From Chrysomallon squamiferum (taxonomy: Eukaryota; Animalia; Mollusca): a DNA stretch of 64,000 bases. The notes under the pieces are model-generated. The model was not told the DNA's origin and did not search any database. It saw nothing but the letters and a program-made list of their open reading frames with translations. The position numbers and the translations under genes were made by a program. The DNA is taken from the NCBI GenBank assembly GCA_012295275.1, contig CM022679.1, positions 9,114,001 through 9,178,000 of the forward strand, given 5' to 3'. Shown one piece after another: positions 12,617 through 24,700 of this stretch. Each line of letters starts with the position of its first letter. The stretch's first letter is position 1.

Positions 12617-15600
12617 ATGTGGAAGAAAGTACCAAGATTAAGTGTATCTTACTGGCTGTTGTTTTCAGAAGTGAAAGTAAAACATTTGCAAACAACTGCA
12701 CATTTTGATGATACAAAAGAAAATTCAGAATGTCCCAAATATTCTGATTTGAAAACTGCTTCATTATATGTACATGTATGATATTATTTATATATATCTA
12801 AGAATATCTAAGAAATTTCATTTGTTTATACATTTTATTACTGTTATTATTATTTGTTTTAAAATGTAATAAGCCAGTGTTGCAGTGTAATAAATTGGTA
12901 AATGTCTGTTAACTTTGAAGTGCTGTTAGAGACGAATTATATAAATAAAAAAATAAAATAAGCTTCATTATTAACTATAAAGGATTATTCATTTGTATAA
13001 TAAATTTTGGGTGATTAGTTTATACATATTTTAATTTATTTAACTGAAATAATATATAATTGCTTAATTTGTTTGTAATATTGCACACTCAAATATGTGT
13101 TTCAGTGGCCATATTGTCAGAAACGATGCAGTTACTGTAACTTTAACAAATACATCAAGTAAGGCTGAAATCTTTTTCTTTAATGGTTTCTGAACAGACT
13201 TATTTAAAAAAAAAAAAAAAAATTAATCTCTGTTAATAATATACATTTGTTTAGAGTATTATTTTGAAAGGAAATTTTGTTACACCTGTTTCCTTTTATT
13301 TAAACATTTTCTTTCATATTTAATCATAAGTTTAATAACAAAATCTTAAAAGCAACAGTTTACATTTAGGCATTGTTTTAAGCAATGACATGATGATCTG
13401 TGTAAGTTATTCAAAGTCCTCATTTTCTAAACTGATTCGAGTTTCCAAATATTTCATGATACAACAGATAATTGTTTAAAGCTTTCAAACAATGTATATA
13501 AGCAAATGTTTGTTTGACAAATGCAAAAAGAAGTTCTTTTAAAATTTTAATCCATTCTTTAATTTACATAACACATTTATGGAATAATTGTTTTAAATTT
13601 TTAAAAATTTTTAATTTTAATTTTTTTAAAATTATTATTTCTTTAAATTATCTGAAAAATACCTCAACTTTTACAGTCGTAATGTTGATCATGAAAGAAT
13701 GCGGAAGTGTCTGGTGACTGAAACTCAAACACTTTTGAATCTGAGTGGAGTGGAAACAATCACATCAGTCTTCTTTGGTGGAGGTGGGATTATTATTATT
13801 TAGTAACTCTTTTAACAATTTGATAAAAAAACAAAAATATCTGACAGACATATTGTTTCCTTTTAATGTATGTAAGAAAGTAACTTTTAAAAAAAGTATA
13901 TAAAAATATAGCATTTGAATTACATAGTATTTGAGATTTTTATTTTTTATTATTTTTTTATAACTTTAAGTTATTAATTTGGTTATTTAACACTTTAATA
14001 AAGAAAATAAACAATAAACTACATATTTTAAGTATTTTACTTTCTATGTTTCAGGAACTCCAAGCCTGGCTGAACCAGAAACTATTCATAGTGTAATTAA
14101 TACTGTGAAGAACAATGTCAATTTTTCAAATGACAGTGAAGTCACACTTGAAGTAAACCCAACAATTCTAGAGAAACAACACCTGAAGTAAAACTATAGT
14201 CATTAATAAAATCATTTTATTTAAATTAATAATAATTAAGTTTAGAAATTATTTATTTTATTTAATGATAAATCTTGCTGTAGATGCTTTTAATAAATTA
14301 TATTTAGAATGAAATATAACTGAAACAAAATATTTTATTAAAAAAAAAAAAAGATTCACCATTTATATATATTAAAACATATTTTCTTTGTCATAAAATG
14401 TTGAATAAATCAGTTTAATTTTCAGTATTGCTGATTATCTCAACTTATATTTTTGTTTCCTGTGATTTTTATCTTCTTTTTTTTAAACTTAAAAATAAAT
14501 ATAATCTGTTTTTCATATCTTTTACTAATGAAATCATCTTAATGGTTAATGAATTTGCATGGAGACATAAATGTTAAAGTATAGTATATTAGAATTTTCT
14601 TTATAATTACAGAGATTTCAGAGATGCTGGGGTTAACAGGGTTTCCATTGGGGTTCAGGTACCTCCTGTTGTTAACATTAAAACATATAAGTGTCTGTAA
14701 ACAGAAAAAGGAATAATATATTACCCAGTTTTTAATACTCTATTTTTTACAAATAGCATTATTTTCAATATTAAATCAAGATTCTGTTTCTAAATATAGT
14801 AACCTAAAACCCATATGTATTTTAATTATATGTAAATAAGTTAATAAAATTGAATAGGCAATTATTTTTGTACGTGTATGTCTGAATAAATACAGGGTTG
14901 ATGATGAAAATAGTTTTCAAGTTATCAAAAAAAAACAACTTAAAATGAGTTTCTTAGTCAGATTTTATGATGTTTTTATCACCTATTTGTTCAGTGTTTT
15001 GGATATGTTTGTGACACTACACAAACATATATGCTATTTGTTTGAAATTAAATATTTATTTTAATTAATATAACCATTCTTTTATTATTTCATAAATTAA
15101 ATTCAAGTCATGAGTTAAGTCAAATTGAGTTACAGGATTCTGAAATTAATATTATATGCACATGTTTATGTCACTGTTGTTTGTTTTCAGACATTAGATA
15201 GTAACGCACTAGCTGTTTTGGGCAGGGACCATACAGTTAATTCAGCTTTAGAGTAAGTTATATTTTCACATCCTTTTGTGTGCTGTATTGCTGTTTTGGT
15301 GTACTGAATGTTTACCCAAAAATGTTTACCTGTGCTCTTGATTGTGTTCAATTACTTTTTTTTCCCCTTCATATTAGATATGATAGTGAATTAAAACATG
15401 ATTTCATAAAACAATAAACATATTTAGTCAATACTACAGATTTAGAGGCCTTTTTGGTAGATATTATTATAGACATATTGAATGATATCAAAACATGATG
15501 GCATTGTAAAGACAGTTTATATTTTTATATCACTGCTTGGACTTCAGGTTGTTAGCATCATGGAGGGCATTACTTTATAATTTTTTTAAATCTTTATTTT

Positions 15601-18600
15601 CTTAATTCTGAAAACAGTACATTTTACATTTCCTGTTGAAATAATTTTAGAGGACTAAATAAAATTTAAAAAAAAAAAAAAAAAAACAGCTTTGAGTCAC
15701 AAATATGACATAAAGAAGTTTGAAAAACAAAATATTTTTAAAAACCCAACAAATTTTTCTTTCTCAAAAAATTAAAACTCTTTATCTTAAAACAATTATT
15801 ACAGATAAAACCTCAACTTTTAGTATTCTAGGGATCAAATTATTTTATGTTTTTCATTTGTAATTTGTAAAGACAAAAAATTAAACTGAATATTATACAT
15901 AACAAAATGTTTTATTATTTTTAACTACTGTGACATCTTTATTCAATTCATGACTTCTCGTTGATTTTCTGATTTACTAAATAAAATGAACAGTAGACTT
16001 TGTCATGATGAAATACTGGTTTCAAACATAGAATGTCATTTTGCTACATGTTTTGACTGATTATAAGTTTTCTGGAAATTGCTGGCAATGACAAAATTTT
16101 TTTTTTTAAATTGTTGTACTGTTTTTGCTTAAGTTTCAGAATAACTTATCTTTGGATCTTGGGGTTAAAATTATTTTCAGATGATTTGTGGGGCCTGCTA
16201 CATATTTTTAAATAACAGGACAAATATCCATAATACAAATAAGCAAAATTGAATTGTATAAAAATTATTCACATAACTGTATAAGAGAAGGCTAAAGAAA
16301 CCTATCAGCCCAGCTTTATAGGATTACCTCAGACTTTGCTTTTATATAGAGACAACCTGCACTAAAAAAAAAGTTTCTTTCACAGACAAACATGTATATG
16401 AATACCAGTTAAAGATTATTAAAAAAACACACAAGAAATGCCCTGGTAAGCAAGAGGAAAATATAATTCTAATAAAAAATGTGATGCGTGTAATAGTATA
16501 AGAAAATAATTAATTTGGGCATCTTTGCATTACCTTTGTTTTAATTTATTTTATGAAGAGATGTGTTCACTGTTTTAGATGTGTTCATCATGCCAAGGAA
16601 TTGTACCCAGGCAGTGTGTCTGTGGATTTGATCTTTGGTTATCCAGGACACAATCTTGAAACTTGGAAAAATGAACTGAAGCAGCTTCTGCAGATCTGTG
16701 ATAAACACATTTCTCTCTATCAGTTAACTCTGGAAAGAGGAACTCTGCTTTTTAAAATGGTGAATAATGGATTAGTGGTAAGTATTAACAGTTTCTTTTA
16801 GAAGCTTGTGTTGTTAAAATATGAGTGATAGTTAACTGTGAAACCAGGGTTGATTGCTTGTTGTGAGAAACTGTTAACATGTAAGGAGATTGATTAATGT
16901 TATTTAATAACCAAAGCATTGCTGATGTAAAAGATGGTAAATTTAATCTGAATGGTACTAGTTTTATATAAAAAAATTGACAGTGAACCATTGAGGTAAA
17001 AAAAAAATTAAATTTTATAGAAACTTAAACAAGAACACTATGAAAATATTTATTTGAAATCTCAGTTTGTATTTATTCACACTTACTGGTAATGATTCTT
17101 AATCCAAATACATAATTGTTTTCTCATTTTTTTCTCATTTATTTATTCTTTGATTTAACCTTGGGTACTACATGCTCATTGTTAAAATGATTTTATAACA
17201 TAAGCTAATAGGGTTTATTTTTTGTTTATTATTCTTGCTTCATTTTTAAACTTAATTTTTTTTTGTTTCATTTTTTCTTCTTTTTTTCTTAATTTATTAT
17301 TATTATTAACTTTTTTTTTTATTATAGAGGTTGCCACCTGAAGATGAAGTAGCAGAAATGTACAGAACAGCAGTAGATGTGAATTTTTTTGATTAATTAT
17401 ATTACTAATTAACGTTAATGTTCTTTATCATGAATACAATTTTGCATATTCTCATTAGGAAATAAGCCTTACCTTTAACAGGAGAAAAACAATAATTCTT
17501 GTCACAAATGATTTTAACATTTTGGAAGCAGTTTAAGGTTAACATTTAGAGATGAGATAGCAGATAATAAATTTAATAGAATACACAAACATTTTGTAAA
17601 TTTAATATTAAATTAAAGCCTTTTTAATGTAAGTAATTAAATGAACTAAATTATACAAACATTCTAGGTTCTCAGGGATAATGGATTTGAATGGTATGAA
17701 GTTTCAAATTTTGCTAAAGAGGTTTGTTTATTTAAATTTCTTTATGCATCATTAATATGTTTAATTATAAACAATTTATTTGTTCAAAAAATATATTTAT
17801 AACCAAGGTAAATTATTTAAGATATACAAATATACAAATATATAACAATGACTTAGATCAATTCAGTGTTATTTAAATCTCATTTCAATACTCCAGTTTT
17901 GTCAGATGTAAATTAATTTTATAAATTTTTTAAAACAATAATAAGGATATTGATTAGTAATTTTCATTTCAATTATTATTAGAATAAAAGCATCATAAAG
18001 TGAAAAAAAAAATGAAAAAAACGTGTTGCTTATCAGCTTGAAAAACTTTTGTGAATTAATATTCAGGGAAGGTTTAGCTCTCACAATCTTTCCTACTGGC
18101 AAGGGAATCAATACATTGGAGTTGGACCAGGTTAGTAAGATTTCATACTCTCATAAAGAAATAATCCATTTCTTAGCTTTATGTAAAATCATTTAATGCC
18201 AACCTTAATGAATTTTATTGATTTTGCTTTCAAAACCAATTACTTGACAGCTATGAATTTTGTTGGTAATAATGAAGTATGTCTTATTAAAAAAAAAAAA
18301 GAATAAAAAAAAAAAAAAAAAAAAAAAATACATTACAAAGTAGAAAGTATAGACAAAACATGATGGTAAGCTTTGAACAGAATGAAATGTTTACTTCTTA
18401 GAATAATTCCATAAATGGAGACAGTAATGTTAGGATTTCATTAAAGTATAGCATATTCTTTACTGTTAGATATTAAAAGTTTTATTAATATTGATTTCAC
18501 TGAAAAATACTACAAGCAAAATATTGCTGCAATACTGTGGGATTTTCTTGTTCAGTAGTAAAGTTTGTTTCAGTAGCATGTATTGGAATTGCATAAAAAC

Positions 18601-20057
18601 AAAAATAAAATTGTCTTTAAAGCATAATTGAATTGCAGACCCACGGTAGTAATATCCTTTAACTATGGTTAGCATTTCTGCAGTTCCATACACTTTTATT
18701 CTTACCCATGTAAGGTTGAAATTTCTATTTCTTTTTTGCACCATAGCATACTATGACAGTGAGCTTAAACTGCCAAGGCACAAAATTGTTAAGATTGTTT
18801 AAAATTTCTGTAATTTAAAATTCTAACCATTGTGTTAATAAAGCAGAGACAAGTATAAGAATGAACATAATAAATAAATTATTTTTAATAGCAGTGAAGA
18901 TATTTTTTTTTTTTTTTTTTTTATCCTAAATGTATCCAAGTCTCAAAATATCCTATTCAGATTCTTATGGCACAGTTGTTGAAAATTACTGGTTAAGACT
19001 GAGTGCTGTAGGTTAATTGTCCAAGTTTAAAAATTATTAACAGGTGCTCATGGCAGATTCTATGTGCAATCTGTGGATGGGACTATAGAAAGACAAGCAA
19101 GGATACAAACACTTGAACCAGACAACTGGATGTGGGAAGTAGAAAGATTTCAGCACGCCACAAGAAAAATTGTAAAACAAACACGGACAGACATGTAGGC
19201 CTGCTTTATATATTTATATATAAAATTTCTTAACATATGAATTATGTTAGAGGTAATGTATAGTGAAAGGAAATTTTTTTTGTATTTCATTTTCACTGGT
19301 CCTGGCCAATTTTTAATGTGATATTAATGTTCTTGGTAATTAATATTTTAAAAGTTTAAATGATAAAGTAAAACCAGTTTATAAAGCTGTGTACTGAATA
19401 GTTAATTATCGAATCTAACAATTATTTTAAAATAAATATTTTTGCTAATAAAACTGATAGTATCTGAATATAAATGTATGTATTTCAGCCTGGAGGAGCT
19501 TTTAGCAATGAGTTTAAGAACATGCTGGGGAATAACACATGAGAGATGGCATTTTCGCTGTCCAGAACTTACACTGCATGACATATTTAAGTCAAACATT
19601 TTCTCAACTTATTGTTCCTCTAATCTTTTGAAGCTTGATGAAAGGTTGGTGTATACTGTTTACATTTTTCATCTAACATATTCAATAAAAATCAATAAAT
19701 AACTTTTTATTATTTTTTTTTTTCACAAGGACCAAAATGAAATATTCATTTTATTAATCTTACGAGAAAATTAAAACTGGAAGATTAAAAAGTAAATTGA
19801 TTTTTTAATATCATTTTATAGTTAAAAAAAAAAAGAAAAAACAATAATAACAACAACAAAAAAAAATTAAAAAAAAAAATTAAAGAAAATAAAAGCTGAA
19901 CAACAGTAGTTTTACAGTATAAAAGCCAAAAATGTATTAAAATTATTACAATTATTACAATTCCAGAGGACTGCGGGCAACTTCAGAAGGTATAAATGTG
20001 TTGGACAGCATTGTACCTGATTTGATTCTTCTTCTCCACAATGCTTTAGAAAGATGA
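12617..20057 (+). CDS. RSAD1: Radical SAM domain-containing protein 1, mitochondrial (HemW-type heme chaperone)
   Basis: 13 exons: 12617-12775, 13106-13158, 13677-13783, 14055-14187, 14613-14658, 15191-15252, 16579-16777, 17328-17378, 17668-17721, 18067-18130, 19044-19194, 19489-19644, 19967-20057(TGA). [17 protein letters not shown] (CxxxCxxC), [41 protein letters not shown] (HemW HNxxYW), GVGPGAHG. Confidence 0.96.
15271..15807 (+). repeat. ~537-bp inverted repeat, left arm (RSAD1 intron 6)
   Basis: Reverse complement of 20934-21472 over its whole length, with only scattered differences. Confidence 0.95.
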
Positions 20058-20933
20058 CAAAATGGTTAAAGCTGTTGATTTGATCTTTCCTGAGAATGAG
20101 TGTTTGTTTTCTTAGCCAAAAAGAAAAGATAAGGGACATGTTAAAGACAAGATAAAAAGTGGTTTTTTTTTTTTCTTCAAAGGATCATGAAAAAAAACAG
20201 TGGGAATGCATCATCTTAATTTAAGAAGAAATATTGTGTTTCTTGAAGTTGTTTAATGAATAAGATTGAGTCTAAGTAAGTATTATGTAAAACAGATTTC
20301 AAACAACAACACAGTTTTGGTACAAAATGTTTTTAATGCACATGTTAATCTATTTACATATCAATATGAGAGTAACACAACAAATACAATTTACACACCC
20401 ATGTACAAATAAACAACATAAATTCATGTCATTACACTTTTATGAAAAGTCATGGTTTAATAAGATTCTAAAAAATAAAATGTTCTCAGTATATGTTTGT
20501 AAAATTGGAATCTTTTCTATCCAGAGAACCCATTATGTCATTTACATTTGTTATAAAATAAGGTTTTGGTAAAGCTATTTGTTTTTATTAGAAACCTTTA
20601 TGTACAAACTCTTAGTCTGACATGGTTCTTTTTAAGAAAAATAAAATAAAAACAAAACAATAATAAAAAAGTTTATTTTAAAGATGAGGGCTCTCAGATA
20701 TATTTCTAAATCCTTTTTCTTGTTTATATTTATTTATTACTGGTACAATTATTATTAATTTATTTTCCACAGAATACAGAACAGACAATAAAAAAGGATT
20801 ACTAGCACTTGAATAAAATTGACATTAATAAACAGTAAGCCATTACAGTGTTCCCAGTAATATGTGATTTTTTATTCTGTAAGTGAATTTTAAAGTTTTT
20901 GATAAAACATATATATCTTATTCTCATCTCAAA

Positions 20934-21472
20934 TATCTGTAATAATTGTTTTAAGATAAACAGTTTGAATTTTTTGAGAAAGAAAAATTTGTTGGGTTTT
21001 TAAAAATATTTCATTTTTCAAACTTCTTTATGTCATATTTGTGACTCAAAGCTGTTTTTTTTTTTTTTTTTTTAAATTTTATTTAGTCCTCTAAAATTAT
21101 TTCAACAGGAAATGTAAAATGTACTATTTTCAGAATTAAGAAAATAAAGATTTAAAAAAATTATAAAGTAATGCCCTTCATGATGCTAACAACCTGAAGT
21201 CCAAGCAGTGATATAAAAATATAAACTGTCTTTACAATGCCATCATGTTTTGATATCGTTCAATATGTCTATAATAATATCTACCAAAAAGGCCTCTAAA
21301 TCTGTAGTAGTGACTAAATATGTTTATTGTTTTATGAAATCATGTTTTAATTCACTATCATATCTAATATGAAGGAGAAAACAAAAAGTAATTGAACACA
21401 ATCAAGAGCACAGGTAAACATTTTTGGGTAAACATTCAGTACACCACAACAGCAATATAGCACACAAAAGGA
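20934..21472 (-). repeat. ~539-bp inverted repeat, right arm (between the RSAD1 and ATF7IP stop codons; probable 3' UTR)
   Basis: Reverse complement of 15271-15807. Confidence 0.95.
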
Positions 21473-21780
21473 AGTATCTAAAAACAAAAAACCATCTAAA
21501 GACAAATTTTGCTATGAGGGTATCTCAGTTACATTTTTCACAGACCGTGTATTTTGCAGCATGTGGACTTCTCTGAAACTAAGCAGACCACCATGCTAGC
21601 AAAATTTTACTGATATAATTATATGTTACTGATGACAGGTTATTTTTTATTTTTTTTATTTTTACAGAATGTGTAAAACTTTGGCTGCCTGTTTTAGTCA
21701 GATATTCTGTGAATAAGAAACGATGAATTTTTGTGTGTGTGTGTATGTGTCTATTAATTTACTATGAATGAGAGGACTAC

Positions 21781-24700
21781 TTAGGATTTTGATATTAAAT
21801 GAATGGTGCTTGGTTCACTGAACTCGCCAGATCTTCCTGACTGATCAACAGCTCTCACAGCAAAATGGTATTTGTTGCCCTCCTGAAACTGGGTCAGAGT
21901 GCAAGCCATGGGGAGAGGCAATGCTTTAACATCTCCAACCTGAGAGAAAAACAAAAATAATCATACAGAAACCAAGAGAAAAACAAACATCCCAGCATCT
22001 AGCCAAAGGATGTTGATGGTAAAAAAAAATACCTTCTTTTTTTTTTGTACAAATATACCTTTTTTAAATTTATATTTAGTAAAGAATTTAAATAATGAGC
22101 AAAACTGTTTATTTTCAAATGTTCATCTCTTCAGAAAGGTAAGCATGTTGTCTTTTCCACTGTTATATACTGGTTATAATTACAGTTTATGTATTTTGTT
22201 CACATCAAATAGCCACTTGTTTACATGTTGTGGTTTTTATATATTGAATGTTGTTATTTTAAAGCATTACATTTCAATGCTAATATTTAAAGTCTTGAAT
22301 ACTGGACTGATGACTGGACTGTTATGTTGAATGTTCTTTAAAAGTGTTTTTTTTTCTCATCAACTATTTAAAAATGTAAATTATCCTAACTCTTCTTCTT
22401 AATTACTTAAACATTTACAATATGTTATATCTTTAAATAATTTTATAATTTTATTCTACATTAGGGTCATTCCGAGTCAAATCACCCAATGGTTTAAACC
22501 CGACTGTCTCGGATTTTTATAAAACTTGGTATACTTGAAATTTTAGCCCAATCAGACCAGTGATATGGGAGATATGGCCCACCGAATTTTGAGATTTTTG
22601 GCAAAAATGGGTGTGACCATCAACCTTAGAACCCTCATATCTCAGGAACTACTGGGCCAATCTTCATACAATTGGTATTGTTAGAAAGGCAAAATGACAA
22701 GAAAGATGGTGATTCCTAGCATTGATCATTCAGGTTTTAGTTAATTAGATGTTAATGGCTGAAAAGGTGTTATTTTCATGTATGTGCATTTTTTAAATCT
22801 ATATCGTTACTAAACATAAAATATTACACCCAGGAAACTTTTATATGTTTTAGTTAACATGTGGGAGATTACATTTCAATAAAGGTCATCTCAAGGTCAC
22901 GTGATCCACACGGTCAATTTCAAGGTCATAGCAAAGGTCAAAAGGTCAAAGTACTCTAATATTTTCCGAACTGAACAAAAATGGCAGATTTGGAATCCTT
23001 GTCATTTTACCTTTCTAACAATACCAATTTTATGAAGATTAGCCCAGCAGTTCCTGAGATATGAGGGTTCTAAGGTTGGTGGTCACACCCATTTTTGCCA
23101 AAAATCTCTAAATTCGGTGGGCCATATCTCCCACACCACTGGTCTGATTGGGCTAAAATTTCAGATTTGGTGCTGTGGGATCCCAGTCAACAAGTATACC
23201 AAGTTTTATAAAAATCTGATATGGTCGGGTTTAATTTTTTTTTTTTTTTTTTGGGTGATTTGACATAGAATGACCCATTATATAAAAAGGATGAGATATA
23301 AAATATATTTTTTATTCATTTCAAAAAGATCGTCTAAATTATTTTCAAAAAGAAGCATTTACTTTAAACAAGAATAAATGAAATATTGTGTAGCAAATTT
23401 ACTGTAAAATTAATTGTTGTAAACTGTAACTTATATTTAAAATATTATTAAACTACTGCCTTTTGCCAAGACATATTTAAGATGAAATGTAAAATAATGA
23501 CAGTAACAATACCTTTTTCCATAGAGATGTGCTAGGTGGTGTATTGGTTTCTTGGTATGCATATAACTGGTATGAAGTAATATCTGATACATTATTCAGT
23601 GCTGGTTACATTCCATGATAAAACAATGCCTGAAACAAACAAAAAAATTATAGTTGGTTGTTCATTCAAAAATTTCTAAAACCTTTTTATTATTTAATTA
23701 TTATAGTTATTTTATTTATTTTATTATTATTATTACTATTATTTTTTTAATTAATTTATTTTTTTATTTTAATTTATTTTACTTTATTTTATTTATTTAT
23801 ATATTTGTGGAAAGATGTGATAAAATTTATTATCATAAAGAATTATAGTTTTTTTCTTCTTCTTCCATATAACATATAAAGGAAAGAATTTTTTTTACTG
23901 CATCATAATTTATCTGTCATATTTAGAATATTAGTTATTTTTTTCTAATCCTTAATTTTGTAAAAGTGTCATGGTGCAAACAAAGAACTCAGGTATATTT
24001 TGTCTCAGGATTAGCTATAAAATCGAAAATACTTATAGATTATCTGCCTTGAATCTTTTATGCATACTTTTCAAATACATAAAAATATATACATCAGCCT
24101 GTTAAAAAGTGCTGACTGGAATGCTTATTATTTAAATGAATTCATCTTCTTCTTTATGAAAGTATTATTATGTGTTTTGTTATTTCAATTTGTACCTTGA
24201 CTAACACGAGAAATTTTCAGGCTTGGTCTGGGTGGAAGAGGTTTTCCTGAGATGGCCTTCTGAACTGAATTTGTAGGCAGTGGTGCTGGATGTTTTACAG
24301 GTGCAGTATTGCTGGCCTGAAATATAAACATTGAAGTTAACATTAAGTCAGAGGAGACTAATTGTTTGCATTTTACCTATAAGATAAGTAGATTTTTGTT
24401 TTTGTTCAGTCTGGTGGAGCAAATGTTGTGGATAATACAACTGACATTGATGGTACAGCAGATGCACAATTTAACACCCTTGAAAGGATGTCATTTACAT
24501 TATTGTAATGTTACTATTTTAAAACATATATAGTTTAACACTATAAAATAATATGAAATATTTAGATAGATATGTACACAGGTTACATTTGGCAAAAGAA
24601 AAAGAAAAAGAAAATTTAGGATTTACTGGTATGACAACTTTATTAAATTTAGATAAGCAATTACCAGTTAAAATTTACAGTCAGAAATGCTTAAAACTAA

